A stretch of DNA of 64,000 nt, taken from NCBI GenBank assembly GCA_951406725.2, contig OX597817.1:20646001-20710000 (forward strand), given 5' to 3'. The stretch comes from Octopus vulgaris (Eukaryota). The notes beneath the pieces are model-generated. The model saw nothing but the letters and a program-made list of their open reading frames with translations. It was not told the origin of the DNA and searched no databases. A program made the position numbers and the translations under genes. This document shows positions 42,581 to 54,420 of the stretch, one piece after another (the first letter of the stretch is position 1; each line of letters begins with the position of its first letter).

Positions 42581-42655
42581 AGAGACAGCAAAACCAGAAA
42601 ACTACAGACCTATAACCTGTCTCCTCTCCCTACAATGTAGAAAGCATTTACTGCA

Positions 42656-42657
<2 letters not shown>
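42581..42657 (+). mobile_element. Tiny internal RT fragment of the R4/Dong-like family
   Basis: ETAKPENYRPITCL, homologous to 39824-39890; flanked by (AAT)n on both sides. Confidence 0.7.
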
Positions 42658-42728
<71 letters not shown>

Positions 42729-42742
42729 TAATAATGATACTA

Positions 42743-42804
<62 letters not shown>

Positions 42805-43934
42805 CGTGGTGGTGGTGTTGGTGATGGTGGTGGCGGCGGTGGTGGTGATGGTGATGATGATGATGATGATGATAATAATAATAATTCTAATTATAATAAT
42901 AAAGATGATAAATATGTGTGCTATAGAAGTCGATATTCGGAGAACTTAAAAGAAAATGAGTGATACTTCAATGTAAAACCCTTCCACAGCTACTGTTCTT
43001 AAATAAGCGGATTCCACAGAGTTAAATTCTGCGAAATTAAAAGTTGGACACGCTTTAGGGAAAGGGATACAAGATAGAATAAATCATATTTTCTATGGCT
43101 GATTTGAAACTCTACAGAAGAAATGAAAATCGGGTAGAATCAATGCCAACTTAGTGAGAACGTTTAGTGCAAATATGATGATAACATTCGATATGCAGAA
43201 GAATGTTCATATGACATTAAGACGTAGAGATCTAGCAAAGAGATCTGGAATGGTTTAACATCTAAAGAGATTAGATAGGAGATTGATTCTAATAAAGTAC
43301 GTAATTCCCTCGGTTTCTTGGAAATACTTTAAATCTAGATGAAATATATCAACCGTAGAGAATACTACCGGCCCGTTAAAAAATGTTCTTTATCTAAAGC
43401 AATTGAGGTAATAGCATAACAAATATAAATTCATGGGCAATATCATGTGTAAGGTACAGTGTGGGGATATCATGGGCAATATCATGTCAAATGTACAGTG
43501 TAGAGAAGTCACACTGGTAGAAATAAGAGTTATCACAATATGGACAGGAAAAAAGAGGAAATTTTAACAGCGAACAACGAATATTCACTCTGAGAAAAGC
43601 AGGCGTGACATGCGGGCAATGTATAACTAAGTGCGCTGAGGGTGAGAAGAAAGAATTTCCATTAAGTGACTGAGAGTGCGATCATGCAAGAAACTCACAG
43701 TAAGACGCTGAAACCATCAGTTTCAGCATTTGGCTGAAATGATAAAAAGAAAATGAGGAAAGAACAAAGCGATCGTGGAAAAGTAATGTATCACAGATCT
43801 TGAAAGTGAATACACAAATGCTTTTAAGAGGAAAAAAGCAGAATAATAGATATTTACAGCCTAAGATCAAGCTCTTCGCACAAATTTGATAAAGGAAAAT
43901 ATTCATTTCAATGTTTGGCCGAAAGCCGGCATGT

Positions 43935-44075
43935 TTAAGGGTACTTATTTTATCGAGCGCGAAAAGTTGAAAGGAAAAGTCAACGTCGGTGAAATTATCT
44001 CAAAAAGCAAAGAGATGAAATTCCGCTAAGCATTTTTCCCAGCGTGTTAATGATTCTGCTAGCACACGGCCTTGG
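43935..44075 (-). mobile_element. SINE family A, decayed
   Basis: GGTACTTATTTTATCGA..GAAAGGAAAAGTCAACGTCGG..CCGCTAAGCATTTTTCCCAGCGTGTTAATGATTCTGC. Confidence 0.7.
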
Positions 44076-45399
44076 ATAAAGCAAAAAAAAAAAAAAATAT
44101 TAGTAAGTCAGATGTATCAGAAATGTTGTTTGTTTGATCAAAGATAATTTTCCATATAACTTCATGATGTACCATGATAACATCAACAGGATGTAAGCTC
44201 AAAAATGATAATATGGCTGGCTAGAATCATCCTTTTATATAAATTAGAAAAACTGTCATATTTGACCAAATGTTGTGACCACAAAACGCGAAACAACTGG
44301 GGAATACCAATGTTAAATCGACTGAGATTGTCACAGAAAAAAAAAAAAAAAACGACCAGGTGTCACAACATATGAAATTTCTGCACAAGAAAGGTACAAA
44401 ATATGATAGTACTTAGATAATAAGCCCCAGAAAAAACCCCCAAAAAAGAATATATTAAGTAATGAGGAAGACAGAGCGAAAACCTACGGCAGATTCAGAA
44501 GAAGACCAAAAAAGGTATGAAACTTATTAGAAGCAAGCGTAACTAATCGCAGTTGGCGCATTGGAAATGGTGAGTACCTTATTCCAGTTTTGAGTAGATT
44601 AGTTACAGCTCAAAAGTAGCATGGGGCTTTTTCTGATTTGGATCAAGAGGATTTTGAGAGACCTTGGGATCTGAAGCTGATGAGTATAGCATTCTCTCAG
44701 AGAAAAATCGCTCCATTTCAGCTCTATAACACTGAGATAATTATTAACAGATTGGAGGTATGGTGATAAAGGAGAAAAAAATCCTGAAATATATCATATA
44801 GGCGCATAACCAAATTTTTTATCTTTGATCTCATTGTTATTTACATCAAGCATTGGACGCGAAAGTCGTAACGAAATCAGTGGCTATACTTTCCATAACA
44901 AATCTGTAGAGATAAACATAACGAGTGATGTAAGAACGCCGCTAATTCAATAGAATACGATATTGACTTATAAAAAAAACGTTTAACATACTTTGTATTA
45001 TGTTATGGTTGCATGACAAAATACCGTGTCCATACGTGATAACTCGATAACAAGAGCATTAATATCAACGATGATAATGAGGAGGTAAGGGAGGAAGAGT
45101 AGGAGGACGAAGAAGGGAAAGGGTAAATGGATATTTACTACAAAGTATAATAATGTTTCTTAATTTAGAATACAAATCAAGCAATTGTCACCAGAAATAT
45201 AAGAGACAACCAACACTAATATCTGAGTGGCATTAAAGACTGAAATTATGACTGGAGGGGATTTGGTAGATGCAAACGACGTCGGTACCAGAGAAGTAAT
45301 AACATTTATTGACCACAGGTGAATGATGGCAGCAGGATTTTAATTTTTATTGTATACTACAAGAACAACAATGACAAGATCTAAAGCAACAACAAAATG

Positions 45400-45775
45400 A
45401 TTACAATTCAAAATTTGGTCAGTAATTTCAGGGGAGAGAATAATTCGATTACACCTCTAAAACATGAAAGCAAAGTCGACTTCGGCTGAATTTGAAGTCA
45501 GAAAATGTAGACGGACGAAATGTCGCTAAATATTTTTCCCAGAATGCTCATAATTCTGCCAGCTAGTGACCTTAGTATATTCGATTCAAATTGTGACAAA
45601 AGGCTACACATATCGGGGAAGGGCTTATGTCAATTATATTGACATCAGTACACAATTTTTTTGTCGACCTCGAAGTAAAACGCGGCAGAATTTGAGCTCA
45701 AAACGCAATAACAAGCGTAATGAAGCTCTCTTTTAACAAGCGTACTAAACGTCTTGTAAGATCACCGTGTTAACA
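45400..45775 (-). mobile_element. Tandem decayed SINE family A copies
   Basis: CAAAGTCGACTTCGGCTGAATTTGAAGTCAG..TTCTGCCAGCTAG and GGCAGAATTTGAGCTCA. Confidence 0.6.
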
Positions 45776-46169
45776 ATGGTGACGATAATAATAATAATAA
45801 TAATAACAGTGCCACACTCACCAATCGAAGACGATATATGAGTGATCGGCTTCTGCCGAGTGTCCTGCAAGCAACGTTTGTTCATAGTGGTCAACATTAT
45901 GTGCTGTACATTAACCTCAATCTCTTCATCAAATCCGCGTTACTTGAACGGGCTCACGGTGTACCAAGGGATCAGAGAGCAACGCGAGATTAAGTATTTT
46001 GCACAAGAAGACAAGGTGCTATTCATAAATGCTACATTCTGCCCACTGGGTCATGTGCCCTGACTTAATGATGACGATGATGATAATAATAACAACAACA
46101 CAGCAATAACAATAATAATAATGATGATGAGGGTGATGATGATGATGATGATGATGATGATTGTGATGA

Positions 46170-47045
46170 TAACACAAGATCAAAACCTTCCCACCATATA
46201 TTACGAAAAAATGTAATGAAAAGAAATACAAAATGTAATTGCAGAATATGTGGAGACAAAACAAGAAACAAATATTCCTCTGGCTGCCCAGTCTTGGCTA
46301 AGAAGGAATATATTCACAGACAAGACAGAGTTGAGACCTATATGCCCTAGAAGCTATGCCAACACTACACAATTACTACAGAAGTAAGGTGGTATAAACA
46401 CACGCCAGAAAAGGTCGCAGAAAATGATAAAGCAATCATAGTCTGGAATATACCAATACACACAGAGAAACGAAAGCCAATAAGCCGGATATAGTTTTCA
46501 GAGAACATCAAGAAATGCTTTCCAATCGATGTATCAATACCAACTGATGGCAATGCTTCCCTGAAAGAAACGGAAAAATTTGCAAAATACAAAAATCTGG
46601 AAGCAGAGTTAACTCGAATATGGATACTACAAATAGAAACAATTCCTGTCATAGTCATCGTGGCACTCAGTTGGTTACGACGACGAGGGTTTCCGATCAA
46701 CGGAACAGCCTGCTCATGAAATTAACGTGCAAGTGGTTGAGCACTTCACAGATACGTGTACTCTTAACACATAGTTTTCGGCGATATTCAGCGTGACAAG
46801 TCTGGCCCTTTGAAATACAGCTACAACAGTAACAGGAAGAAAGAGTAAAAGAAAGTTGTGGTGAAAGTGTACGGCAGGGTTCATCACTACCCCTGCTGCA
46901 GCCTCATTAAGCTTTATGTTTTTTCGCTCAATAAACACTCCCAATGTCCGGTCTGGGAATCGAAAACGCGTTCCTGCTACCGTCAGTCTGCCTCCACTCC
47001 TGTCATAGTAGGCACATTAGGTATGATAAAAAATATCCAGCCAAA
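46170..47045 (+). mobile_element. R4/Dong-like LINE 3' fragment interrupted by a SINE
   Basis: CRICGD..SGCPVLAKKEYIHRQDRV..VWNIPIHT..KPDIV..IDVSIP..EKFAKYKNLE; resumes after 46997 with VIVGTLGMIK. Confidence 0.88.
46656..46997 (-). mobile_element. tRNA-derived SINE (family D) nested in LINE
   Basis: 12-bp TSD TCCTGTCATAGT (46644-46655, 46998-47009); head GTGGAGGC..TTTCGATTCCCAGACCGG (B box). Confidence 0.85.
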
Positions 47046-47425
47046 TACAAAGTTTTACCCTCCTTTACTTTCTCCCTGTGTATTGGGAAACGTAAACATC
47101 TTTTATCTAGCAAAAAAACTGTAGTTTTCTCTTACCGGGCATACAAACGATCATCTTTAGAACATTTAAAACCTTTAATATGTACAATTTTCTAGGAAAA
47201 TTTTACCTTCCTTTCTTCCTGACAACGCATATCTTTTATTGGAACAACACAATTAAATTTACGATAAAAATTAAAGAGGTAAACACCTGTCAATAAATGA
47301 AAAATCCACAATTACCAAAACTGTAATCCACAGAAAAACTTATATGAGGAAAAGAAATATTCAAAGACTTAAAAAACTTAAACTCAGAATTTCAAAAATT
47401 CAGCAATGTAAACATCAGTATATAA

Positions 47426-47565
<140 letters not shown>

Positions 47566-47699
47566 GTTGCTATGTGAAAGCACGTGGCTGGATGTATAAA
47601 AATCAAAATAGAATGAAAAAACTACCGTTGATGTGTCATCCATTCGCTCTGGTGAGACGTACAAGAGTTCGAATCAGGTAGCATTGGATTTTTTCGGTA

Positions 47700-48590
47700 T
47701 AAGGGAGGTAATCAAAAATGCTCGAGAGCCAATCCATCCAAACACTGAGACCTCTCCCTCGTATAACTAGCCAACGTATCCCGTTTATCTTCAGCTGTCC
47801 TCGACATTTCGCCGAACTTCACTTCCTGGCTGAAAGCCGCAGCACACCATCTATATAGGAAGTGAAGTTCACCTCCGCCTCCGGCCTCTGCGTACCCAGT
47901 ACAGTTCAGTAAAGTACTGCTGAAATTCCGCGCCATCTCCGTCGGCTCGTGTAGCATATGTCCATCCCGACACCGCGAAGAATGAATTGTAGTCTTATTA
48001 CCACATTGGGCCACGACCACCTGGTACCATCGGACGGATTTCGTTCCCTTCTGCTTTAGAGTAGGTGCCCTAGCTCTGACAATGCAGCCTTCATGCTTGG
48101 GTTGAAGAATTGGTTCAGAACCAATCTTGTTGCCAGCATGTCGGTCGATATACCTAAACTGTGTATCAGCTTTAATTTCCTAACTAGGTGTCCCTCTACT
48201 CTAGTCTTCTCTATCGCTAGTTCTCTGCTAAAATCTACAGCTTCATATCCGCTAGTCCCACCCAATCCACACGCACATCCAAAATAGATTTCCAATCACC
48301 CACTAACACTAAAAAGCGAGACGTTCCTTGAAAGGTCTCCAGACGTCTGAAAAAATCAGGCTGCACCACTCCAGTCTTCATTATTATTCACGTCTAGGAT
48401 CACCGACTTGCCTTCCGGGTCCAGGAAGACCGTCCGAATTTTGACATTCAGGCCTTTTTTGAACAACATTGCAACCCGCCCCCATAAGTCATCGAAAATG
48501 CGTATCAAGGCCCCTGTGTCCGCGATCCTAGTCTCACGGACGGCTATTACATCCAAACTTAGCGGCAATTGCGCCCTCCTTCCATTTATC
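47700..48590 (-). mobile_element. Decayed Tx1/L1-like LINE (apurinic-endonuclease region)
   Basis: LSLDVIAVRETRI..G.VAMLFKKGL..FLDPEGKSVILDV resembles APE N-terminus (D.I..QET, GVAIL, D.EGR); GC-richer coding-like tract. Confidence 0.6.
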
Positions 48591-49171
48591 TTCGTGTACT
48601 TCGAAGTATTTGCTAGCTTTCCCTTTTTTATTTTCCAATGAGATAATGAGAAATTCTCTAGATGCCCTAATATTTATGAATGAATGTCCCTTTACTACTA
48701 TTTCCATTTATACCAGTCCCTTCACTACTACTATTGCTAATCTCGCTCTCTTTCTTATTATTTCTGCTATAGCCATTTCCGTCGAAGCCGTTTCGGCTTG
48801 TATCACCTGCATGTAGTAATGAAAACGTTTCTCTACCTCGTCTCGTCTTCGTACTTCGTTTCTTGTCGCTTCTCCATCCCTTTCTACTTGTCTACGGACA
48901 ATCATAGTAGGGAGGACAGGAAAATCTTCCTGTAGCCTGGTGTTCAACATTCCTTCTTCATTCTCACTATCTGTCGCCTATGATCAATGTTTATACTTTC
49001 GAAGAATTTTGAAACAAAGAAAGGGGGTTGTATTATAACACTCACCTGCCCCGGAAGAGCAGCTGGCTTCCAAAACAATTTAAACAACAAAAGTTTACGG
49101 AGCTGCAAAACAACACGTCCAGCTATGGCTAGGATAATAATAATAATAATAATAATGATAATAATATGATG

Positions 49172-49278
49172 CATGTGCCTGGTGTACCTTTATCAGACGG
49201 GTAGTCATGATGGGTATATTGGGCTTCGTATATTTTACCCCAGTGTCACTTTGATGGCATGCACTGCTCTCTCACTCA
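49172..49278 (+). mobile_element. Short repeat 3' end embedded in (AAT)n
   Basis: About 105 bp island ending CTCTCTCACTC-(AAT)n with (AAT)n upstream; family unassigned. Confidence 0.4.
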
Positions 49279-49293
49279 ATAATAATAATAATG

Positions 49294-49372
<79 letters not shown>

Positions 49373-52011
49373 CAACAATAATAATAATGATAATAATGAG
49401 GAATTTTTTACTAGCCACACAAAGTTATTACAAGGATAGTTTACAATTTCTGTACGGATTTACATATATGTTGACGAGAAGAATGTGTGAGAAGGGAATT
49501 TACTGACTGTACATAATATATAACAAATCTGAGCACATATATGATGCACTCATTATGACACAAGGGACCCCCTATAGTGGTCTAATTACCGAATCCGAGT
49601 AATAATTTTCTAAAACCTACAGGTGCATTACTTGTGTAGGTCATCCAGCCTAACATTTGTTATCAAATTTGCTGGGAGAAATAGCTCTTACCTCTTTATC
49701 TACAATTCCCTTTCCAAATGAAATTTTAACAGATCGATAAAGGCTTGATAGAAGTTACAACTCGCATAAGGTGGACATTGCTCTACTGGGGGTGACATTA
49801 ATACAAGTAACAGTAATATATAACTTTTATGTATAAGCCACTAATATTCAGAATGATTCAATGAAATGCTGAAAACTATTGTACTCTTAAGACAGGAATT
49901 TCCTTTATTTTGGTTAATTTATTTTCGGTTGCATTTCTTGTGAGTTAAAAGAGAATTGCCTTCCATTAATTTGAATCAAATCTCCGGGCCTCTGTTGCAT
50001 TTCAAAATGTCTCCTGCCAAAGTATCCCCACTGTTTTTCTTTTATATCAAATAATATGATTGTCAAAGCAGTTTCATTATAATACCAAATTCTTTAGTTT
50101 TCATGGCTCCAAGGATTTTACTAACAAACAGTGTAATTTTTTCATACATCTCATTTGGCTTCCGACCGCCAACAGTTATTCAACAGTGTACTAGTTTCTT
50201 TCCTAAGCAATTTATTTCAAAACAACTCCAATCTTTTGTAATAAAGCACTTGTTTATGACTATCAATTATTGTATGTAAATGTATACACACATGCATGCA
50301 TACGCGTACACATTGACGCATCTCTCATAGATGCTCACTAACACACACGTGCACACACAGATACGCGGACTCTCACATGCACACAAACACACACTCACAT
50401 ATATTTATGCATGTTTATTTTGCTTTAGGAGTATATATACACATACACACAGTAATATAAGGACAATGAAGGACAAAAATACCCCAAATAAACAGATAAT
50501 CACACAAAATTGAGGTAAGGCAGATGGAAAACAATATGTTTTATGAATTTAGACAGGTATAACACGCAGCAGTGGAAAGAGTGTAGAAATGTGAAAGGAA
50601 TCGAATGACAATCGAGAAAGGTATACAATGAAAATAAATTGGCCGTTTGAAACGGATAGTCTCTCTATATAACATTTAGTGTTAAACAACTTCTTAAAGA
50701 GAAGCACAGGAAATAAGAGCCGAAAAAAAAAAAAAGAATTTTAACACTCTAACGTACTCATAAGTACTAGTATGCTTATTTCTAGATATAGTTTAATAAA
50801 CTCAGTTTATAAATGAATATAATTCAACGTATATTGCTGAATTCGTGTGTAGATTTTATTTAGGTCATTGGGTACCATCTAAATTATGCATGTGGTAGTC
50901 TAGAATTCAGTAATATTATCTTCATTCCGTAGTTATTTGAACCGAAAAATTGTCAATGGAGTCCTTGATAGAAATGTTACGTAATACTAACTGATCGCAT
51001 AATGTTTGAACTTTTAACGTAGATTTCTAATTTAATAGATAGCAAATGCTTCGTAATAAATGCGGCGATCGCAGCAAGTGTATTTAGTTATTTTATATAT
51101 AGATCATCGCCATCATATGAAATCGTCTCACAATCTAATGACATTCATATTCCCTCATGGAAATGCTGATAGACGGTGTTTTTCAATGTATTATTCATTG
51201 TAATAACAGCAAAATTGAATTTACAACATGCTATCATGTGTAATTCTGACAGTTGGATATAAACAAATCCCTGTAAGGTATGTATGCAGTCTGTAACTAT
51301 TTACGGAAGCCATTAGAAACGCGGTGTGTAGTTAATCATTTCAATATTGCATTTTTGCGACCGAAACGTAATGATTTGCAATATGTTATACACAGTGTGA
51401 TAAAAGGGACCGATGCGACAATTAATTCAATCGAGGAAATTCAGTCGATGCCATTTTATAGCTTTCATATGATCCGATTACCCTTACATGAACAGACTAT
51501 GTGGAAAACAATTAACATCTGCAAATATTCTCTTATGTTATTCATGAGTTGTGATCAAACGAAGGCGAGTATGATGACAAATTCCATATAATGTCATCTC
51601 GATGAATTTTTTTATATAAATTGTTACTTTATGCGGGTGTAATGAACGCAACCTGGTGAAAATGACCGGGAGATCTAGAAAGCCGTGTCCATTCTACAAT
51701 GTACAAGTTATAATTTATGTTAAAAGAAAATGCTGGGAAATAGAGGCATGTGATTTCAGAACATGTAAAATATAAAGAATGGTCACATCCCGAATGACTG
51801 TCATAATCAATTTTTTCAGCAACCAACAAAAAATCCGTATATATAAGATTGCAGAAAACAATATAAGAAGTGCATTTTAAATTATTACAAATTAATAAAA
51901 AGACATATTTGCATTATTGAACAGAAATATATAAATAACGTACTTTTTGGCACTGTACACGATGCTGGATGTGTCGAAACAATTGTTGGGATTAATATAT
52001 TCTCGTATATA

Positions 52012-53201
52012 CCCTCTTCACCTGCACCTCCAGCAAAATCCTCTATTGCATCTCCTACTCTCTCTGCCATTCCCTGTACATCGGACAAACGGGACGCCGC
52101 TTGGCTGACCGGTTCGCGGAACACCTCCGAGACATCCGCCTTGCCAGTGTCACACCGGTCTCACGCCATTTCCACTCCACCGGTCACTCTTTGCAACACC
52201 TGTCTGTGCTCGGATTGTCCTTGCACAGAGGCCATCCGGATTCCCGCTTGCGCCGTGAACAGGGATTAATCTTCTCTCTTCACTCTTTTACGTCATTTGG
52301 TCTCAACTCTCCCCCCTTTTCATCTAAACTCCCCCTTCTTCATCTAACCTCCCCCGACTCCTACTTCTCTTCAGTCCTTCATCTTTTCAGCCCTACTCTC
52401 TTTCCCTCTTCTTCCCTTCTTTCCCTTCTTCCCTCTACTTTCTTCTTTCTTCTTCCCTCTTCCCCTTCTCTCTTTCTTTCTGCTCCCTCACTCCCCTTCT
52501 CTCCCCCTCCTCCTCTCCCCTCCTTCCTTCTCCTCCCCTCCCCTTCCTACTCCTCCCCTCTACCCCTCATCTCCTCTCTACCCTCCCCCTTCTTCCATCC
52601 CCTCCCCCTTCATATCCCATCTCTTCCTTCTTCCCCTCCTCTCTCTTCTCTCCCCCTCTCACTCTCCCCACAACAACCACTCTACCCCAACCCCCAGCCG
52701 AACCCACACCCCACATGGGCTTTCCCCACCCTAGCCCCCACCTCCCCACCAACATCACACCACACTACACTACACCATACTACATTACAAATCACATCAT
52801 ACATACACACATACACACGTCCCGACCACCAGCCCTCTTTCACACGCACATACATACTCTCTTATACACACACGCACCTTCATGTTGGGGCGAGGTCACT
52901 CGACCCTGTTATCTCCCGTACTATCCCTCTAGCGCCTAACGTCTGACCTCTGACGTCTGACCTCTAATCTCTGACTTTTGTCTGAAATCAGAACGCCATG
53001 TTGGATCGTTAGCTCCTACACGCATTTTTCTCTCCCCTTGTTTCTCTCCTTGTTTCTTTTACGTGTATCTTTCTGTCGAAGAGCGTATGCTCGAAACGTA
53101 AAAGACTTGTTTTATTTTTATTCCTGAGCGGCATACTAAAACAATTGTTTGTTTGTACTCCACCTGCCTTCCTCTTTTGTTTATTTTCGTAAACCTTCTC
53201 G

Positions 53202-53204
<3 letters not shown>
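52012..53204 (+). mobile_element. 5'-truncated Penelope-like element: GIY-YIG C-terminus, pyrimidine-rich 3' UTR, hammerhead-like end
   Basis: FTCTSSKILYCISYSLCHSLYIGQTGRRLADRFAEHLRDI..PVSRHFHSTGHS..RLRREQGLIFSL..GLN; terminal TCTTT-CTGTCGA-A-GAGC-GTAT-GCTC-GAAAC-GT-A-AAAGA (53068-53105); ends in (TA)n. Confidence 0.88.
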
Positions 53205-53243
<39 letters not shown>

Positions 53244-53274
53244 AAAAGATGTGGAACACGAGTTGTGATATATA

Positions 53275-54420
53275 AAAAAAGGAAATGAAGAAAATGCTGA
53301 CAAAATAATTTAAGTAAGGAGAGTGTATTTAATTAGGTGAAAGTTCTTTTTACCGGTTGCGCATTTGTTATGCTTATCAAAAGATATTTTTTAAAGAGAG
53401 ATAGAATTCCTTTCTGATAGATTATTTCTCTTTTCTGACTTTATGTTGGGTTTGCTGTCTCTTATATGTGAAAAAAGAGGCTCCAGAGTTATTTAAGATT
53501 TGCTTGGTTTCGCGCCTAAAATTTCTTGTGGACAATGGTCAATACAATTTTGATTGGTCATTATAAAGGGGTCGCGTGAATGTTTGAATGGAAGTTGGTG
53601 TTGGGGTAAGAAAATAGGCTCCAGAGATGTTAAAATTTGGCTAGTGTCACGCCTAAAATTTCTTATTGGTCATAATAAAGAGGTCACGTGGATGTGGTCA
53701 TAATAGAGAGGTCACGTGAATGTTTAGAATGAATGTTGATGTTATTGGTGTATGATGTTATTGGTGTATAGCGTTGTTGAAAATTCTTATTGTTCAGGCT
53801 GGTCAGTAGACGTCATGTGGATATTTTAAATAGCTTTTTAGCGCGTAGTTAAGGAGTGTATTTTCCGCTCGACTGAATTTGAGCTGGATAAGTAAGTTCG
53901 TTTAGGACAGGAAGAGCTATATGTATGTATGTCTGTGCGCGCGCGCGTGTTTGTGTGTGCGTGTGTTTATATGTATGTTGGGGCGCGCGCGCGTGTATAT
54001 ATGTGTGCGTGTGTGGGTACAATTTTCAATATTTATAGTTCTGCTGGCCTTGTGCCTGTACCGGGAAGCAACGTGTTTGTGTGAAGTCAATATTTACAGT
54101 CATTTCCAAAAAATAGTGTTGGATGTTTTGCACCCCTATCAAATTATGTGTATGTGTGGAACCATATATTTGCGTGTGTCATGGTGTTAATATCTGGGTA
54201 AAAGTGTGTGTAGGGTGTGTGCAGGTGTGTGTTTGTTGTGGGTTCGTGTTAGGGGGATGTGTTTAGAAGTGGTCTGTATTTATTAATAAGGTGGGATTCC
54301 ATGGTTATTCGCTGGGTATGAGTGGCATTGTCTTTAAATTTGTAGAGGGGAAAGATTCTAAAATTGGGATGAAGTTGTGCGGCACAGGTATCAATATGTG
54401 CACTAGGTGATATTTTTCTA
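53275..54420 (-). mobile_element. Inverted 3' part of a Penelope-like element (GIY-YIG tail + 3' UTR/pLTR)
   Basis: SAHIDTCA..NFRIFPLYK..RITMESHLINKYRPLLN; 53277-53517 is the reverse complement of 56962-57200. Confidence 0.85.

Noticed and set aside
51253-51277. Plus-strand 25-nt micro-exon (ctgacag|..AAG|gtatgt)
   Set aside because: Weak polypyrimidine tract and no partner exons; expected by chance
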